DNA of 64,000 nucleotides from Ophelia neglecta (Eukaryota): NCBI GenBank assembly GCA_965285935.1, contig OZ260663.1, positions 61,876,001 to 61,940,000 of the forward strand, read 5' to 3'. Shown piece by piece: positions 13,319 to 27,545 of this stretch (position 1 is its first letter; each line of letters starts with the position of its first letter). The notes under the pieces were generated by a model. It saw only the letters and a program-made list of their open reading frames with translations, ran no database searches and was not told where the DNA came from. The position numbers and the translations under genes were made by a program.

Positions 13319-16300
13319 GTAGGCTACTTTTATTTTACATGGGACATAAATAGACAGAAAGATTGGAAGACACATTGACAGATAGACAGACATATAGGTA
13401 TAATATTATATATTGATGAAAGATTATCAACGAGCAAATAATGGTTGTGGTTTATGACAATGTGGCAATGAATATTAATATGTTTGTGGGCTACATTTAA
13501 TCATAGCACTACGTTAGAAACATAACTCTACAAAAGTTTATAGTAACCGCCATAACAACTGTCAGGAATCTTTTCATTCATGGTATGAGTTTCATCTTAA
13601 GATCAAATGGTAAGTTAATAAGGGACATTCCATGGTGCTCCTACGGTTCATTGTTATAAACGGGCTATGCAATTTATTATTGATATATACTTTAATATTT
13701 TGATATCCGTGTGGGAGGATTTAAAAGGCCTCTGTTGGTCGGCATTCAACACCGTGCTATGAATAAATACTGAACTTCACATTGCGTTAAAAACAAGCTC
13801 GCTTCCTAAATGAATATCTGGATCCATCGATCTTTTCCTGGAAACCCACTGTTGAGCAGCGGTCACTGCAGCCAACGGTATTATTGTGCGGCAAGAGCAA
13901 TGTCAATACATGTACTGCCAACGGAAGTATTGTGCTGCGACCTCGCTGCAGCAGTGACATCGCTCTGGCCGAAAAATAATGCCGTAAGTCACAATGACCA
14001 CTGCACAACCATGATACTAAAGGTAATGAAATAGCCCATATCGAATCCATCTATATCATCAACATAAAGCTTGTAAATATCCCCACCTGGCGTATTAATT
14101 CAAACACGGGTTAATATAATGAATTTACGAGTAGTTAAGTAACACAATAGTTACTACAAAAAGGACGAGAAACTTAAAGTGGAAAAATACATTTACAAAA
14201 TCAATTCATAACCCACAACGACCATTTAGTCTTATTTCGTCTAATTTGCCTGATAAACTCGGTTCAATCATTATTTGGCATAGACATATTACAAACGTAG
14301 ACCAAGTAGTATTCATTTTGAATTGTATGGACGGGAAATCGAGCAGACCTTTAGTCGACAGTGATTTATATGCCATAGACTAATATAATAGGAAGGGTTG
14401 GTTACTTATATTATAATTAATATGTAAAACACAATGTATGTACATGCCAGTTTCATATTTTAAATATCTAACTATCGACCCAATAGAAGCCGTATGTAAA
14501 GCTCACAATTTAACAGTAACTGTGTTATCATTTTTTGGCGGTTTTAATGGACGTAGAGCTGTGGGGTTTATTCGTTCAATGTGGTATTTCAACTGCTTTC
14601 CAGAATAATTCATACTAGAATTTCTTTATTTTGAAAAGAGAGATTAAACCCAATAAACTTAAGACATGACTGATAATCATGTGCTATTTATTGTACACAT
14701 TACGCACTATGGTGTCGTTGTTCAAACAAGGGTTTTTTTCGACCTGGTCTAGGGCTATGCTAGAAAGAATGAGCCTAATTTTTCTTATTTCTACTTGGAA
14801 TATAATGGTAGTTTGCTTATAGTCTTGTCTTTAACTTGATTGAGTTTGAGAATAGGATTAGAGGTTGGGCTGAAACAATCTTAAAATTAGTTTGTATAAA
14901 ATAAATCCAAGAAGATAACAAAGGTTGCTTCAGGCTAAGATAGAAATTAAAGTATGTATACATATACACTTACTATTGCAGTGACAGGCTAAGAATGCTG
15001 AACACAATGCTTTGACTATGAATATTTCGAGATATCAATCAATCAATCAATCAATCAAACCGAATGGAAAATTTATAGAAACACTCCATTTGGAACTCTT
15101 CGAAGCATACTTCATGCAAGCCAACGTTCTTAAATCTAGCTAGCCTTAACTTTTTTATATTGTTTCGGCACCTCAACTATTAAAAAATGTCAACTAAGAA
15201 AGTCCATAGATCATTCTTAGATTTAATCAAGCACATGGGGCTTGGTTCTTAACACCTAGAGAGATAATTAAGTTTAGATATTGATATCTTATTATGTTGT
15301 TATCCCACTTTTTCACTATACAGCCAGTGCAAGTGGTTCTGTCACCCGCGAAATTTTGCTTCGCGCATTTGTTGTCGGCTCGCTCTGTTCTGTCACGCGT
15401 TCACGCAACATAAGAAAATTACCGCTGTACTCCAAAGCATGAATCTTTTTAATCTAAAACAAAAAACAAGGCTAAGAATCTCTTACGTATGGTCTATAAG
15501 CAGTTTCTTAAAAAATAATCAAAAATAAGTTTCTGTATATGAACATGTACAGAATTTATTAGCAGTATTTAGACTATGTTAAATGCGGTTTGATTATGGC
15601 GTAACAATGTAATAGAACTTATAAGCCCTACGTTTATATGCAGAAAAAAAGTTTACATATATTTTTATATGGTTTTTGCCATTCATATTTTATACCAATG
15701 TTAATTATTCCATATTTGTTTTTGATTTGACTTCACCACCTGCCTTAAATTTCAGCTAAACTGATATATGAACACAAAGAAACTATAGCCTAAATAGTCA
15801 TTCAAAACCATCTTTTGTTTTTCTTGCGCTCGAATTAAAAACGCGTGTGTGCCTTGTCAACACCAAAGTACCATGAAGTGACGCTATGATTTTGAGCATG
15901 TTTTTTTTCACTTAAGTGAACGAGGTATATAAAGGTGACCATTTAATATTCAGACGCATTAAATGTAGGATCAGAAACATGGTACCTCAAGTTGCGCGGA
16001 AGTATATGTCTCATTTATGATAGATACCATTTAATGGGGTGACTATACCTTTTATCTTGATAACTTATTCTGCTTCTAACACCTGTTCTTCAAAGCCAGA
16101 CTACAGAGCATTCAATGTAGAATGCGTGGCATTAGTGTATAAATAGATAAGTACTATTTTATAAACCCATTCATTATTGCCCCGTTATTGCAAACGGTGT
16201 GATCTTGACACGATACCGTTAATTCTCCGCATATTGGCCCACTTTAAGGACCACAGTCAATACATAACATCATTGAAGACAAGCTTACAGCTACCACGAA

Positions 16301-16702
16301 GACAAACAATTTGGCCAAGCCAACGTGTTCCGACAATTCAAGAAGTTTTGTATATGTCAATATAGATTATTGTCCAATTCTGTCAAAAAAAGCAAAAATA
16401 AAAAAGTACATTGAAACTGATTGAAGAAACATTTGTCCAAATCCACTGCTAAGCAGAGATTTAAATGCAAATCTATAACTGTCATTGGCTTATATTGACA
16501 ATTGAATATCCCCAGCCGTACAGACTAGCTTTGTTATGTATAGAAGCTTAAAAATGCTATAATGTAGGTATAAAAAATAGTTGCCACATGTAACATAAAA
16601 CAACCATACTACTAAAGACTGGACATCACTACTGATTAGTCAAGACCTTATAAATGATTTCATCCTTAAGATTTAAATTATCATTTTTTATTTTCATTTC
16701 AG

Positions 16703-16900
16703 ATTTATACGCAAAAGATACCTTGCGAGATACTGGTGGGCACAAACCATCAAATCGAATGCTGAGTAACCAATCAACAACTTTTAATAACTGAGGAAAC
16801 CCTGGTGATCATGACTTAAAGTTATACTGTATATTATCTCTATACTATCTTATAATAGATAATACCTTCTGTATATTAGATTAATTGCCTTAATCATTTC
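16703..16900 (+). other. Terminal (3' UTR) exon of hairpin-peptide gene 1; supplies the A of the split TGA stop
   Basis: tttcatttcag|ATTTATACGC...TTGCGA is homologous to the exon starts at 27546 and 31952. The 3' end is uncertain. Confidence 0.65.
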
Positions 16901-18074
16901 TTCAGATTTAGTCAATTGAAGGTAAATTATTCTGTAATTGTTATCCTTGTGTTGAAACAAGACATAATATGTGTGTGACTGTTGGGATGTATATCGTTTA
17001 ACTTTCTCACTATCAGATTGTTGTTGTGTGTGACGACGTCGAGCAGTATTTTTAAATGTGATATACTTATCTTGATGAAACCAATACTATTTAATTTTCA
17101 GTTAATTGGAAATGAAAACTCAAGCACTTCACCCAACGCTTGACGAATTCTGGTCAATATCGTTAAACATAGGTTGCTTAATTGGTGTTCTCCTCTAATA
17201 GAGTTTCAATAATATATATTGTATTGACCGTTTCTTTATAGTAGCGTAATTGTAACGAAAAGCCAGGAAATATATTTAGTTCAATAATTTCGTGTATAAA
17301 ATACCAATTACGGTAATGGCTGATTAAGGGTTGATTTGTCGAAACTGATAGTTATTATAATAGCAGGGTTAACCATTTATTTGGTGTAACTTGTAACCTT
17401 ATCACTCTCTGTGAAATGGAGTAGTTTACTATGGTATTGAAAAGGTTATCACACAGGTACAGAAAAGCGAAGTGATAAGCTGTCTCCCATGTAAGCGGAT
17501 ACACTTTAAAATCCTATTGTAATGAATCAGTATCCGCATGCGGGGGACACCTGAAAAGATCAAAGGCTTGGTTGATTATATTAAGCAATACACTTACCTA
17601 ATAACATTTTAAATATATTTGACAGTTCTGCTATTCATATTACTTCATATCGGCAAACGCCTGTTAAAATTGTAACAATGCGCAAACTTAATAAACATGG
17701 CAATGCATTTTATTTTTGTAATACTGCTTTTCATGATTTTTTTTAATGTTTTTGTTGGAATTTATTGAATGTTTTGTCCCTATTCCCAGGAAACAGTCAA
17801 AAGTTGCATAAAACGGACCATTGGAAAGCCTTACCAAATTCTATACATTGTAAATGTTTCTGGTCACTTGAATCTCTTTATTTCATAAATCAAAATATAT
17901 AGCCCTAGCCAATCTTTAGCCTCTGGGCCTAAAAGGATTCAGATATGACCGGAAGTGTGTAACATCGGCCTACAAACACCCATAAGACATTAATGGTCAT
18001 AGATGTCTGCTTCTATAACACTTCATTGTCTGATTTAAAAAAAAAACATGAATTCTATTACACATATATATTTG

Positions 18075-19560
18075 CTAGCTGGAAACCCGTAGCAAACGGC
18101 GTAGCACAATAATGGATTAACAAATATACAAGTTCCACCTCCCTCCGCAGACTGGTGGTGAGTGGTGGGGTGTGTGTATGTATGGGGGGGGGGGGGTTAA
18201 CCCCCTCCAATATCACCCCTACTAGCTCTAAATAATGGAAGCGACCTTGAAGTAAAATGTTATTTGAATTGCAGGATGGAAATTTTGGCAGGCATATTAC
18301 CTCATGGTGAGCAGTATGTTTAGATCGAGATACCTTGAATATACTTGGTTGCCATGGTAACAAGAATCTTTTTTTTTCAAAAATGACACTCGTTGGCTTA
18401 TTGGGGAACACAGAAAAGAATAATTTTGATCAAAAAAAGGTATTGGGCTAGGATGATCCTGAATGAAATAAGTTTGGCACCGGAATATATATTTGTAATC
18501 GAGGCCTTTGTTAGTTTGTCACCGATCAAGAATGGTCCTGAAAGAATTTAAATTTAGAGCATTTTGTCCACATTTTGCTGAATATGTGAAGAACAAGGAC
18601 ATATATTAACAAACAGTGATTGAATGAAATGCTGCCATGGAAATGAGCTTTCCAGTGGTATAATAAAAATGGGTTTATTTGGGAGGATACCATGGTAACG
18701 GATATTGAAGTATGCTTTATGACGTAGAAAATGCACATTTCTAGGTTTGAGGTGATCACAAAGAATACTGGATATGGTCAACATCCTGAACTTATTAGAA
18801 GAAAGAACCAAAAAGCCAGAACTAAGAGACAAACCAATAAGAATATTTCCTCTGATATGATATCAATACATGTCAGGTTTTCATGGTAACGGGAATGAAA
18901 TGACACCAATTGGCTTTTAAGGTAATCCGGAAAAGTAATTTGATCAAAACGAGTTATTGGGCTGGGAGGATCCTACATAAAGTCTGCTTGGAACCAGCAA
19001 ATAATATTGTAATCGATGTGTTCGTTACTAGGCCTATGTATGGCAACCAACATGAATTACCTGATAGAAGGCAAATTTATAGTTTTTTTTTTTTCAATAT
19101 TTCACTGCATATTTGGAAAAGACGTAAAAATATGGACTGATAGTGATTGTATAAAATGAAGGCAATGTGTTGAGCTTTCGGTTGGTATATAAAATGATGG
19201 GCTTGGTTAATAATATACCATGACAACTGGAATTGAATTATTCTATCTAAGAACTTTATAATCATAAAATGTTCATTCCTCAGATTACGTGATTGCAGGG
19301 AAACCTAAATAAAGAAAACTGAAAGCATTTTTCAAAAGTTGAATATATGTAAAACAAAGAATTTTTTTTATAAAACTGTGATCTAATGAGAAAGGCCAAG
19401 CAGACCATATTTGGAGTCATTCTTACCTATTAACAAAAAAATTATCAAATTGATTAAGGCAACAAGTGTCATTTCTGAATTTGAATACCGTTTCCATGGA
19501 AACCTGACATATTTCGTATTGGTATCCTGTAAGAAAACGATATCCTCATTTATTTTCTTG
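18075..19560. mobile_element. Decayed non-autonomous (Helitron/Helentron-like) repeat with internal CATGG(T/A)AA(C) subrepeats
   Basis: Starts CTAGCTGGAAACCCG. Contains an internally duplicated ~550-bp unit (TAATTT(T)GATCAAAA...TATTGGGCT(A/G)GGA at ~18420 and ~18940) and recurrent CATGGTAAC/CATGGAAA motifs. Family assignment is inference. Confidence 0.45.
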
Positions 19561-21876
19561 TGGCGGGTTTTTGTTTCATTCCTTTCCTTCGTTCAATTTG
19601 TTATATATATTTTTTATATTTCCTTTGAACACCTGTAACCTTAGAATGAACAATTATCCTTGGCAAGACATATTTCAATGCCGGTTATTTTAGTTTAGTT
19701 GAGTTTATTCACTGTAAAAACATAGTATACAATATATCACAGATCGAACATACATCCTCAAAAAACAATAAGGCAATAAAACCCATACAATGACCAGCAT
19801 GCCTGACTATAATGAGATCACAAATAGCACCATCGATTTTAGACTGCACCGATGAGCACAAACCACGGATATGACACAGATATGTAACCCAGTGAAAGGG
19901 ATAGCACCAGAAAGTTTAATACAAAACTTATTTCCATGGTGGTCCACAGGCTGACATGGTATCTTTTTAAACGAATACAATATATAGCATGTCACTGGAA
20001 ATATCATTACCTTGGCTACATTTCATAAGATCAGTGCTGTTTATATATTCCCTTCTTTTCCATTTATTCAGGAATAAGTTGATAAAATGCTTTAAATATA
20101 TCTTGCCGGTAGACAGTAAAAATGTTGAAATTGTGCTTATTATTAGCCAGAAATGACCGTTTGTGATGTAAGACCAAGTAAGATAATAAGTGGGATGTCT
20201 CCCCTGTAAGTGGGATGTCAGTTGACCATCCTTAGACCAATAATTTAAGCCCGGTGCCAGTTTTGTTCTGCCTAATAATTCACTCCCGAAAATAGCAGTG
20301 AAGCTGCGTTTTTTAGCTTTGGTAGTAGTATGATTTCGGAGGTACCCACTGGTATATTCTTATGAATGTCTGTTGAACTTAGGGCTGGCAAATTGGAACA
20401 GATAATACATTGGTCTTTAGCCGTATTTGGTCTTCCAGTCATAAGGAAAATCGGTTGAATGACCCTTTTGGGAGTTTTGAGCGACCTGGAAAACGATTTT
20501 TCGATGTGCCTGCCAACGCCTTTATGGTGTGTAAACTCTAAAGCCGGTATTAAAGCTGGGAAGACACAACAGATAATAACCGTTTGAAACCACTGTGTTT
20601 TGCTTTTATCCGGGACACACTTTTAACAGTCCTTTATACTTTAACTGCTTCACAGCCTTTCATCACTACTCTGTTCTGCGGGCGAATATTATATTTCTGA
20701 TGGTTGTCTGTGTATGAGAGCTCTTGTCTGTCCACCAAAAAACCGAAAACGCATTAACTTCATGATGATCCATTTAGCATAATGAGAATATAGCCTCTCA
20801 ACTTCCGGATCCGACACTAATGGTGAGAACGTGGTTTGTGAAGAGTTATTTAGAACTTTGGTTCACTCCAATACTTAATCTAGCTCCATCTGCCATTAAT
20901 TTTGAACAGTGCAATATTACGATTTCTGAACAACACAATCTTATTTTGCTCAGTTGGAGTCGGTCGTAATAAAGCGAGGCATCGTCCATTGATGTCTAGG
21001 GAGTTCGGTTAATAACGGTTTTGCGAAAGCCGGAGACTATCAAATGATGACAGGAAAATAAGTTGATTTGGCGAAAAAGTGTAAACAGCTTCCGAACTAG
21101 GTTTTCAACCTGAGGGTATATCTAAAGATTTCGCTCCTATTAGTTTTCACCGAAGGCCGGACAAAGGAAAGTTTTCAATCATTCCGTTACAATCCAGGTC
21201 GCGGGTTATTGGAGCGCAACCCTTTATTTCCAATCAAGAATAAAAAAAGTTCAGAAGTCAGAAATGTTTTTTGTGGTCAAGAAACACTTTGCCCCCCCCC
21301 CCCCCGCCCCCCCCCCCCTAATATATAATGGTTCGTCCCCAAACGGAACTCCCACCAAATTTCCCCCAAATCCTCGGGCAAACCGATTATTAAAAGAAAT
21401 GTGGCGGTATTCAATGGCATTTCGCTTGGATTGATAGAGACGTAACTTATCTTAAGTTAATTCCCCGAGGATTCTGGGACGACACCGACCTCATTTATAT
21501 TAAATTTGCCGGTTCATGATTTAGCCGCGACCTTCCCTAACAGCGACAAACGCCCTATATATCCATAATGGCATTTTGTCTTCTAGGCGGCTTCCATCTC
21601 ACCTTTTCAATGCCCTTTTCAGTCCTTTATTCTAGCTTGAATACCCCTGCGTTGCATGGGCAACCAGCATCGTTGTTATGGCGCAATGACCAGCGATGTC
21701 GGATCCCGACCGGAATCCTGCCTGTTTACCAGTTTTGGCCTTAGCCCTATAACATAATGCCCTTTAAAAGCTAATGTCGTATATATCACCCCGAGCAAGG
21801 TGCTCGGATATATCGAAACTTAGTTTTGTTAGATTTTAATCGCCGCTTTAATATCAGCCATTCCTGCTAGAAGCAT

Positions 21877-21994
21877 ATGAACCTAGTGGTAAGGACGAAG
21901 CAATTAAGTCTGTTAATAACGATTCCTTTACATATATTTCTCGTGGCTAAGCATTGTCTTTTGGCCAGAATGGTTGTTCTACCAGACGCACTCG
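21877..21994 (+). CDS. Candidate signal-peptide exon of hairpin-peptide gene 2
   Basis: MNLVVRTKQLSLLITIPLHIFLVAKHCLLARMVVLPDAL, 39 codons plus G, strong phase-1 donor G|gtgagt. The hydrophobic core aligns loosely with the gene 1 candidate (LLITIPLHIFLVAK vs LLLSILLFTMYLYVNK). Confidence 0.55.
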
Positions 21995-22953
21995 GTGAGT
22001 ATTAGGGCCTTTAGGCCTATCTGATATTATTCAAATTTAGATCGTCGGGAACGAGGCAACAGGTGAACAATTCGGTGATTGGAGAGAAAAGTCGTGTTGA
22101 CAATATTCTGGTCATGTTTTTTTTACACAAGTTAAATTAAAACTGAAAGCTTTAATATTGATCATTTCTTAGCAGAAATAATTTCAACCTATAATCTAAC
22201 AATGAAAGTCTTTTTTATTTATGGCGTTATTTGTTTTTTTTCCGCGGAATAGCTCATCGTCTGGTTCACCTGTGGTTAACTCGATTATATCAGTCAGAGT
22301 GGTAACGATGCGCGTTCCGAGGTTTACACAAACTTTTAAAGAAATTCCCTCAAGCAAGATGTTTTTTATGCTTATTTTTGTTATTACACTTTCCAATAGA
22401 TGAGAGCACCAGATATACTGAAATCTTTTACTCCTTCGGCCAATATGATAAGATGGCAAATTTATGTCGAGCTTTCCAAGATATTAGTTTCTCACTTTTG
22501 AAAAAGGTCCCCTATTTAACCTTATTTCAAACCAAAAACCTCTCCGTGGACAAAGGCATGTAAAGCAAACTGCGCTTCGGAATAACCTGGAACTTTGGAG
22601 TAATGTATCAAAATATATGCAATTCCTTCATAATAATTGTTCTCTTCATTGATGAAAACGACTATATGATGTTTTATGATACACTCATACAAAAGATGTC
22701 TTTGGCATTAAGACTGTTTGAAATAAATAGCCTGAATTAATCCATTGCCAAAGTGTTACATTTTTTAGCATGTAAGATTACAGAGTTATCCATGTTGATA
22801 ATTTTCCAAACTTTCAGATCCCTCGCAATTGGCAATACATCCGCCAAAGCTACATGGAAATGCAATTAAAATTTGTAACTTTCCCATTTCGCTCTGTGAG
22901 AAAAAAGTTATGAAAATGCGTCAATGCTTCGCGAAATTTAATTTTAAAACTAT

Positions 22954-23135
22954 ACTAGAGAGAGTCGTTTGCCGGACCACCCAACCTGTCTTTGCTTCGG
23001 GCTCTGCCAACCTGTCTTCTGCACGCCTCTTCTACCTTTCCTACTCGCTCATTGCACACTCACTGGCAAACTGAGAACACAGGGAACGTACTGACAGACA
23101 GACAGACAGTCGGGATCGTCTGTTTATAGTGTAAG
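22954..23135. mobile_element. Short Helentron-associated (HINE/DINE-like) element
   Basis: Begins ACTAG, carries an (ACAG)n microsatellite near the end and terminates TTTATAGTGTAAG. Confidence 0.5.
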
Positions 23136-24296
23136 TTATGGTTTATTGGTTCTCATAGGGAAAGAAATTCAATACAAAGATATTCTCTAAGTATTGAAAA
23201 TTTAGATTTATCAAAAAATAGGAGTTTGCTAATAGTTCATCATGTATTTGGCAAGTGAGAAGTTTTCTATATATAACTCTTCCATTTTTAGACATATTTT
23301 GTTGTTGTATACATTAGCCATATGTCTGCTTTCACATGATATACTTAATTTATTATTTTCCATTGTTCTTGTACGTTTTTTTTTACGTATATCGCCTGCT
23401 GGTTGGCTATACTCCTCAATGTTTTCCACTTTGGCCTATTTTTCGTGTTTCGACGTAAACCCTTTTACATGTAACCCTGTACGCCATGGCTTAATTACAG
23501 GAGGTGCGGAATAACTATATTTTTTCAGTGTGTCTATGACACGATAAAATAACATTCCAGTGTTTAAGGTTTTAATAACCAAGCATGAACAATCGAAGTA
23601 ATCGAAAAATAATAGAAGGGTATAATATTTATACCTAGTAAATATTTTACTGTTCTGTATGCAATATAATAATACAAAAGAGCAAGGTTATCCTTGCTTT
23701 TGCAACTCCTGCGTTACTTTTTCTTGTATGGTCGGATTATTTTCGGTTACTTAGCTGGAATGTGGGAAAATCAGGAAAAAACAGAAATTATAAAGCAAAA
23801 AGCCTGAAAATGCTAGTTAATTACAGCCCTTCATTGACTCTACTCTATGTTGCTCCAAATTAAGAACCAAATAGTGGAGAGACAGCGTGTGACTGATATC
23901 ACTGCTACTCATGAGGGCATTGATAATAAGACAGAGTCCCACAAGACAATATTCTCCGAAGTGATCAATTAAGCCAATGAATGAAGCAAAAATAGTTCTA
24001 GCTTGCCCCGAAAGGAAATTATTAATGCAAACCGTGCCTATGTCTGTATGCAACTTTTGTACGCACGTCAAAGAAAAATGCAAAAAAAAATTGCCGTTAA
24101 AAGGAAGAGTCTGTAAATTACTTGTGCCGCAGGCATTAACATACACATAATTTATTTATGATCTCTGGTGGAGGTCAAATTTATTGTCAATGAGAGAAAG
24201 TCAATTATCAAATTGCTTCCTTGACATCATTTCGTTGGAATTAATTGTCAGCGTGTTCTCCTTTTTCTTTTAAATTGTCATTTTCCTTCACCACAG

Positions 24297-24508
24297 TTCC
24301 GAGTGAGGACAACGCCAGCATGGACTTGTCAGAACTAGTTCAGAGCTTGTACGTACTTCAGAATATGTTAAAAAATAGAAAGACTTCTTCTGACATGTCT
24401 TCGTCCTGGACCGGGGATACTGCAGGAATGAAGCGAAGCAGTTCCTGCATTGCTAATTGTATGACAAATGGTGCACCACTATACAGGTGCAAGCTTTCTT
24501 GCGGCTAG
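24297..24508 (+). CDS. Hairpin-peptide gene 2, main coding exon: propeptide, KR, mature SSSCIANCMTNGAPLYRCKLSC(G), predicted amidated
   Basis: Acceptor ccacag|, phase 1, homologous propeptide MDLSELVQSLYVLQNML, KR, C-X3-C-X9-C-X3-C-G-stop. Donor TG|gtaaga lies 2 nt after the TAG. Confidence 0.85.
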
Positions 24509-24967
24509 TGGTAAGATTTACACTTTTACGAGCTACTTTGACTTTGCTCATATGTTGTTGTTTTTTACCCTTGATCGCCTGCTAGATGCAGTCGATAAAC
24601 TTAATACTGTCATCCATCTTATTCATTTAAGATACCGAATCAAATAACTAAAAGATATGTTATAATATTACGTTACTGATTAAACTTAACGTTCACTGGT
24701 GCATACTTCTATTTGCATATAAGGCGGGATGCGAAACACACTCAGTAATTACACTTCTCTAATAAACAATAATAATGTATTCGAATGATGTTTCCGTGTA
24801 TCGATAAAAGTATCATATCGCATTTAAAATCACGATAAATGGCGCATATAACTTATTTGCAAATGAAAATAAGCATGTATGTTTCAAAATTGCAATTAGA
24901 TGTGTTTTAATAAATCAAGTAACTCAATTGGCATTTTCTTTTTTTGTAGACAGCGTATTGTTTTATT

Positions 24968-26175
24968 ATAGATAGATAGATAGAGTTTTATTCACTACCC
25001 CTTATCTAGGGTGTAAGTGTCATGGCATATATGTACATCGAAGTAAATCAAATTTAAATAGAAATAATAAATGTAAAATAAAATATACACACAAAGAATA
25101 CCCGTGTCTCTGTGGATAACAGTGCACACCCCTCAACCATCAGCACGTATATTTGCCGTCTTTCTTAGGAAATTAGCCAACCTGTTCAGTGTCAACGTAT
25201 CTCCACTATTTAACAATTTAATCATTTTTTCCATGCTCGGCTGGTTGTAAAAATATTTTTCAATAAATTTCTTTCTATAGACAGACAGTATTCTACATTC
25301 AAACAGACAATGAAACTCATCACCCAAAACACCGCATACAGTACAAAGCCTATCATGGTATTCAACTCTGTTCCAGCTTTGCGTTTCCACACACAAATAA
25401 TGGTTTCTAGTTCGGAACCTGATTAACCTAGTTTGGTTTGGACAATTGACACCTTTCGCTTGCAGATATGGAGCAGGACCAATAGAGGGCACAATGTGTT
25501 TATACAATCTACATTTACTTTGCGTATTTACGGCTGACATTTGTGTTATGCGGTTATGCTCTTCTATTTTCATTCTCGCTACAGAGAGAAACTGTTTTTC
25601 GGTAAGCACTAAATTACAATCAATAAATTCTGACATGTCTAACATGCGCAAGAGTTTGTATACACCTTGAAGCCAATCTGTTTTAGATGGCTCCACACAC
25701 ATATTTCTATAGAACGAGTCACACAGCTTATCGCTTTTGCAAACAGCCAGCTTATACCAAAATTTTAACAATGCTATAATTATTTCATATTTAAGGGGTA
25801 AAACTCCTAACTCAAGGTATACCATACAGTTTGGCGTACCCTGCTTCAAATTACCTGCTCCGCGCAAGTATTTGAGATGAACCTTTTCCAGTGGACGTGT
25901 ACATTCTAGCCCCCAAGTTTCACAACAGTAAAGAGCCAGGGGCCTGACAAAAATATTGAACAATTTGATTTTATCCAAAATTGTAAAGTTGAAACGATAA
26001 CTATATCTCTCCATTTGACATATATTTTTCACCATTTGTTTCGCGATTGTTTCTATTTCTGTCTTGAAACAACCATTTGTTTGAAAGATAACACCGAGAT
26101 ATTTAAAGGTGTCTACCCGTTCAATGACTTCTCCTCTATACGCTATATTTCCAGCCTGGGTTATTCTCAGCCTGG
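24968..26175 (-). mobile_element. 5'-truncated LINE (CR1/L2/RTE-X-like ORF2 C-terminus), antisense in the last intron of peptide gene 2
   Basis: Open frame (ORF 25133-26035, extending upstream through FKYLG) contains RFRTRNHYLCVETQSW...RLCTVCGVLGDEFHCLFEC. AATAAA plus a (CTAT)n tail at ~24970-24992. Near-identical flanks gttttattata and gttatattata are a probable TSD. Confidence 0.9.
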
Positions 26176-26269
26176 GTTATATTATATATACTTGCAATAA
26201 AAATCATGCACCATGCAGTGAACGTCAAGTATATCACTTTTAATATATCAGTAGAGTAGAAAACATGAA

Positions 26270-27090
26270 TAATCGTTCAAATTGTGATGATTGTAGTTCC
26301 AATTTTTCGGGAAATACTCTTCGATATGCATATTTTGGCAGTCGTTAGTAACGACTCAAGATGGCGTCCATTTTCAAAATGCCTCATATTTGTTTTGTTA
26401 TTTTCACTAACCAAAACTTGAACTTTCAAGATGGTGGCCAATTTCAAGTTGGCCCCATTTGACTTGCCATGCAACAATCGGACACTTTCTATGTATTTGG
26501 TTATTTTTCCGATAAAAGCTTCAAAACTGCAAGAAATACTCGTCACTAAGCATATTTTCAAAATATGTTGTTAGCCACTTCAGTTTTCCAACATTTTCAA
26601 GATGTGATTTGAGATTGCAGAAATAGGACCTTTTTTAGTTCTTTTCGTGATAAAAGCACCAATCTTTCCGGTAATATTCTCCACTTTACATGTTTTCAGA
26701 ATCCATTATTGGATAACAATGGTAATTTTAATAGTTTTATCATCAAAAGAATTGAAGTTATATAAAGCTAGAGTCCTATTCTTTAAAGGTCAAATGACAG
26801 CCATTATAATGACGGCTGTCTTTAAAATTCAAAGTGGTTTAATGATATTTTGACCTTATGCATATCATAGATTATTTCCTGAAGATTTGGTGTTAATGTC
26901 ATCAACCTTTTTTTTTATAAGTTTACCTATTTCTGTTATGACAAATGACAGCCATCTTGAAAATGGTGGACATCTTATAAATCAGAGTCTGTGATTTTGA
27001 AGAAAAAAAAATCTATTTCTAAAGAAATGCAGTTGGTATCTTTTGAAAGATACGCCTAAATTTTCCGCACTTTCCTTCTCCACTATCAGT
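26270..27090. mobile_element. Degenerate non-autonomous repeat with repeated CAAGATGG/AAAATGG motifs
   Basis: Recurrent TCAAGATGG(C/T)G and GCCATCTTGAAAATGG motifs typical of marine-invertebrate MITE/Helentron-like families. No coding capacity. Confidence 0.4.
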
Positions 27091-27545
27091 GTATCTTTTC
27101 GATTCTGAGCTTTTGACACATAGTGAAACTTTTTGATAAATGCTCATCATATCAGATCATTTGAGTGCTAGGTTTCACCATTTCACTAGGAAACAAGATA
27201 CAATTGATTAACAACATCCTATGCGCCTAAACCTGGTAAAATGAAGGAATTTTGCCTCAGATACTGAAATATGTCTTGTAAACCTTTGATACGGGACTAA
27301 TATGCTTATCTTTTATTCATAATTTCTTTTTGTCAATACACTTTATGTGAAATAATAATAACTTGTAAAATGTTATACAGACAATTAACTCACTAATGAC
27401 TAAAAAAAAATAATAATAAGATTCGGATTTTCATTCGTACATATATGCATAGGCCTAATGCGGTCATTTTGATGCGTGATTTGGTTTATATCAGAATGAT
27501 TTGACCGCACTGCTTCAATTTGATTTGAGTTACTCTTTGTTTCAG

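Noticed and set aside
13317-16770. Spliced UGA as selenocysteine or readthrough
   Set aside because: In paralogs 2 and 3 the UGA is immediately followed by UAA, downstream frames are not conserved, and no SECIS was recognised.
22202-22252. MKVFFIYGVICFFSAE signal-like ORF
   Set aside because: It stops after 16 codons with no donor; AT-rich sequence yields hydrophobic ORFs by chance.
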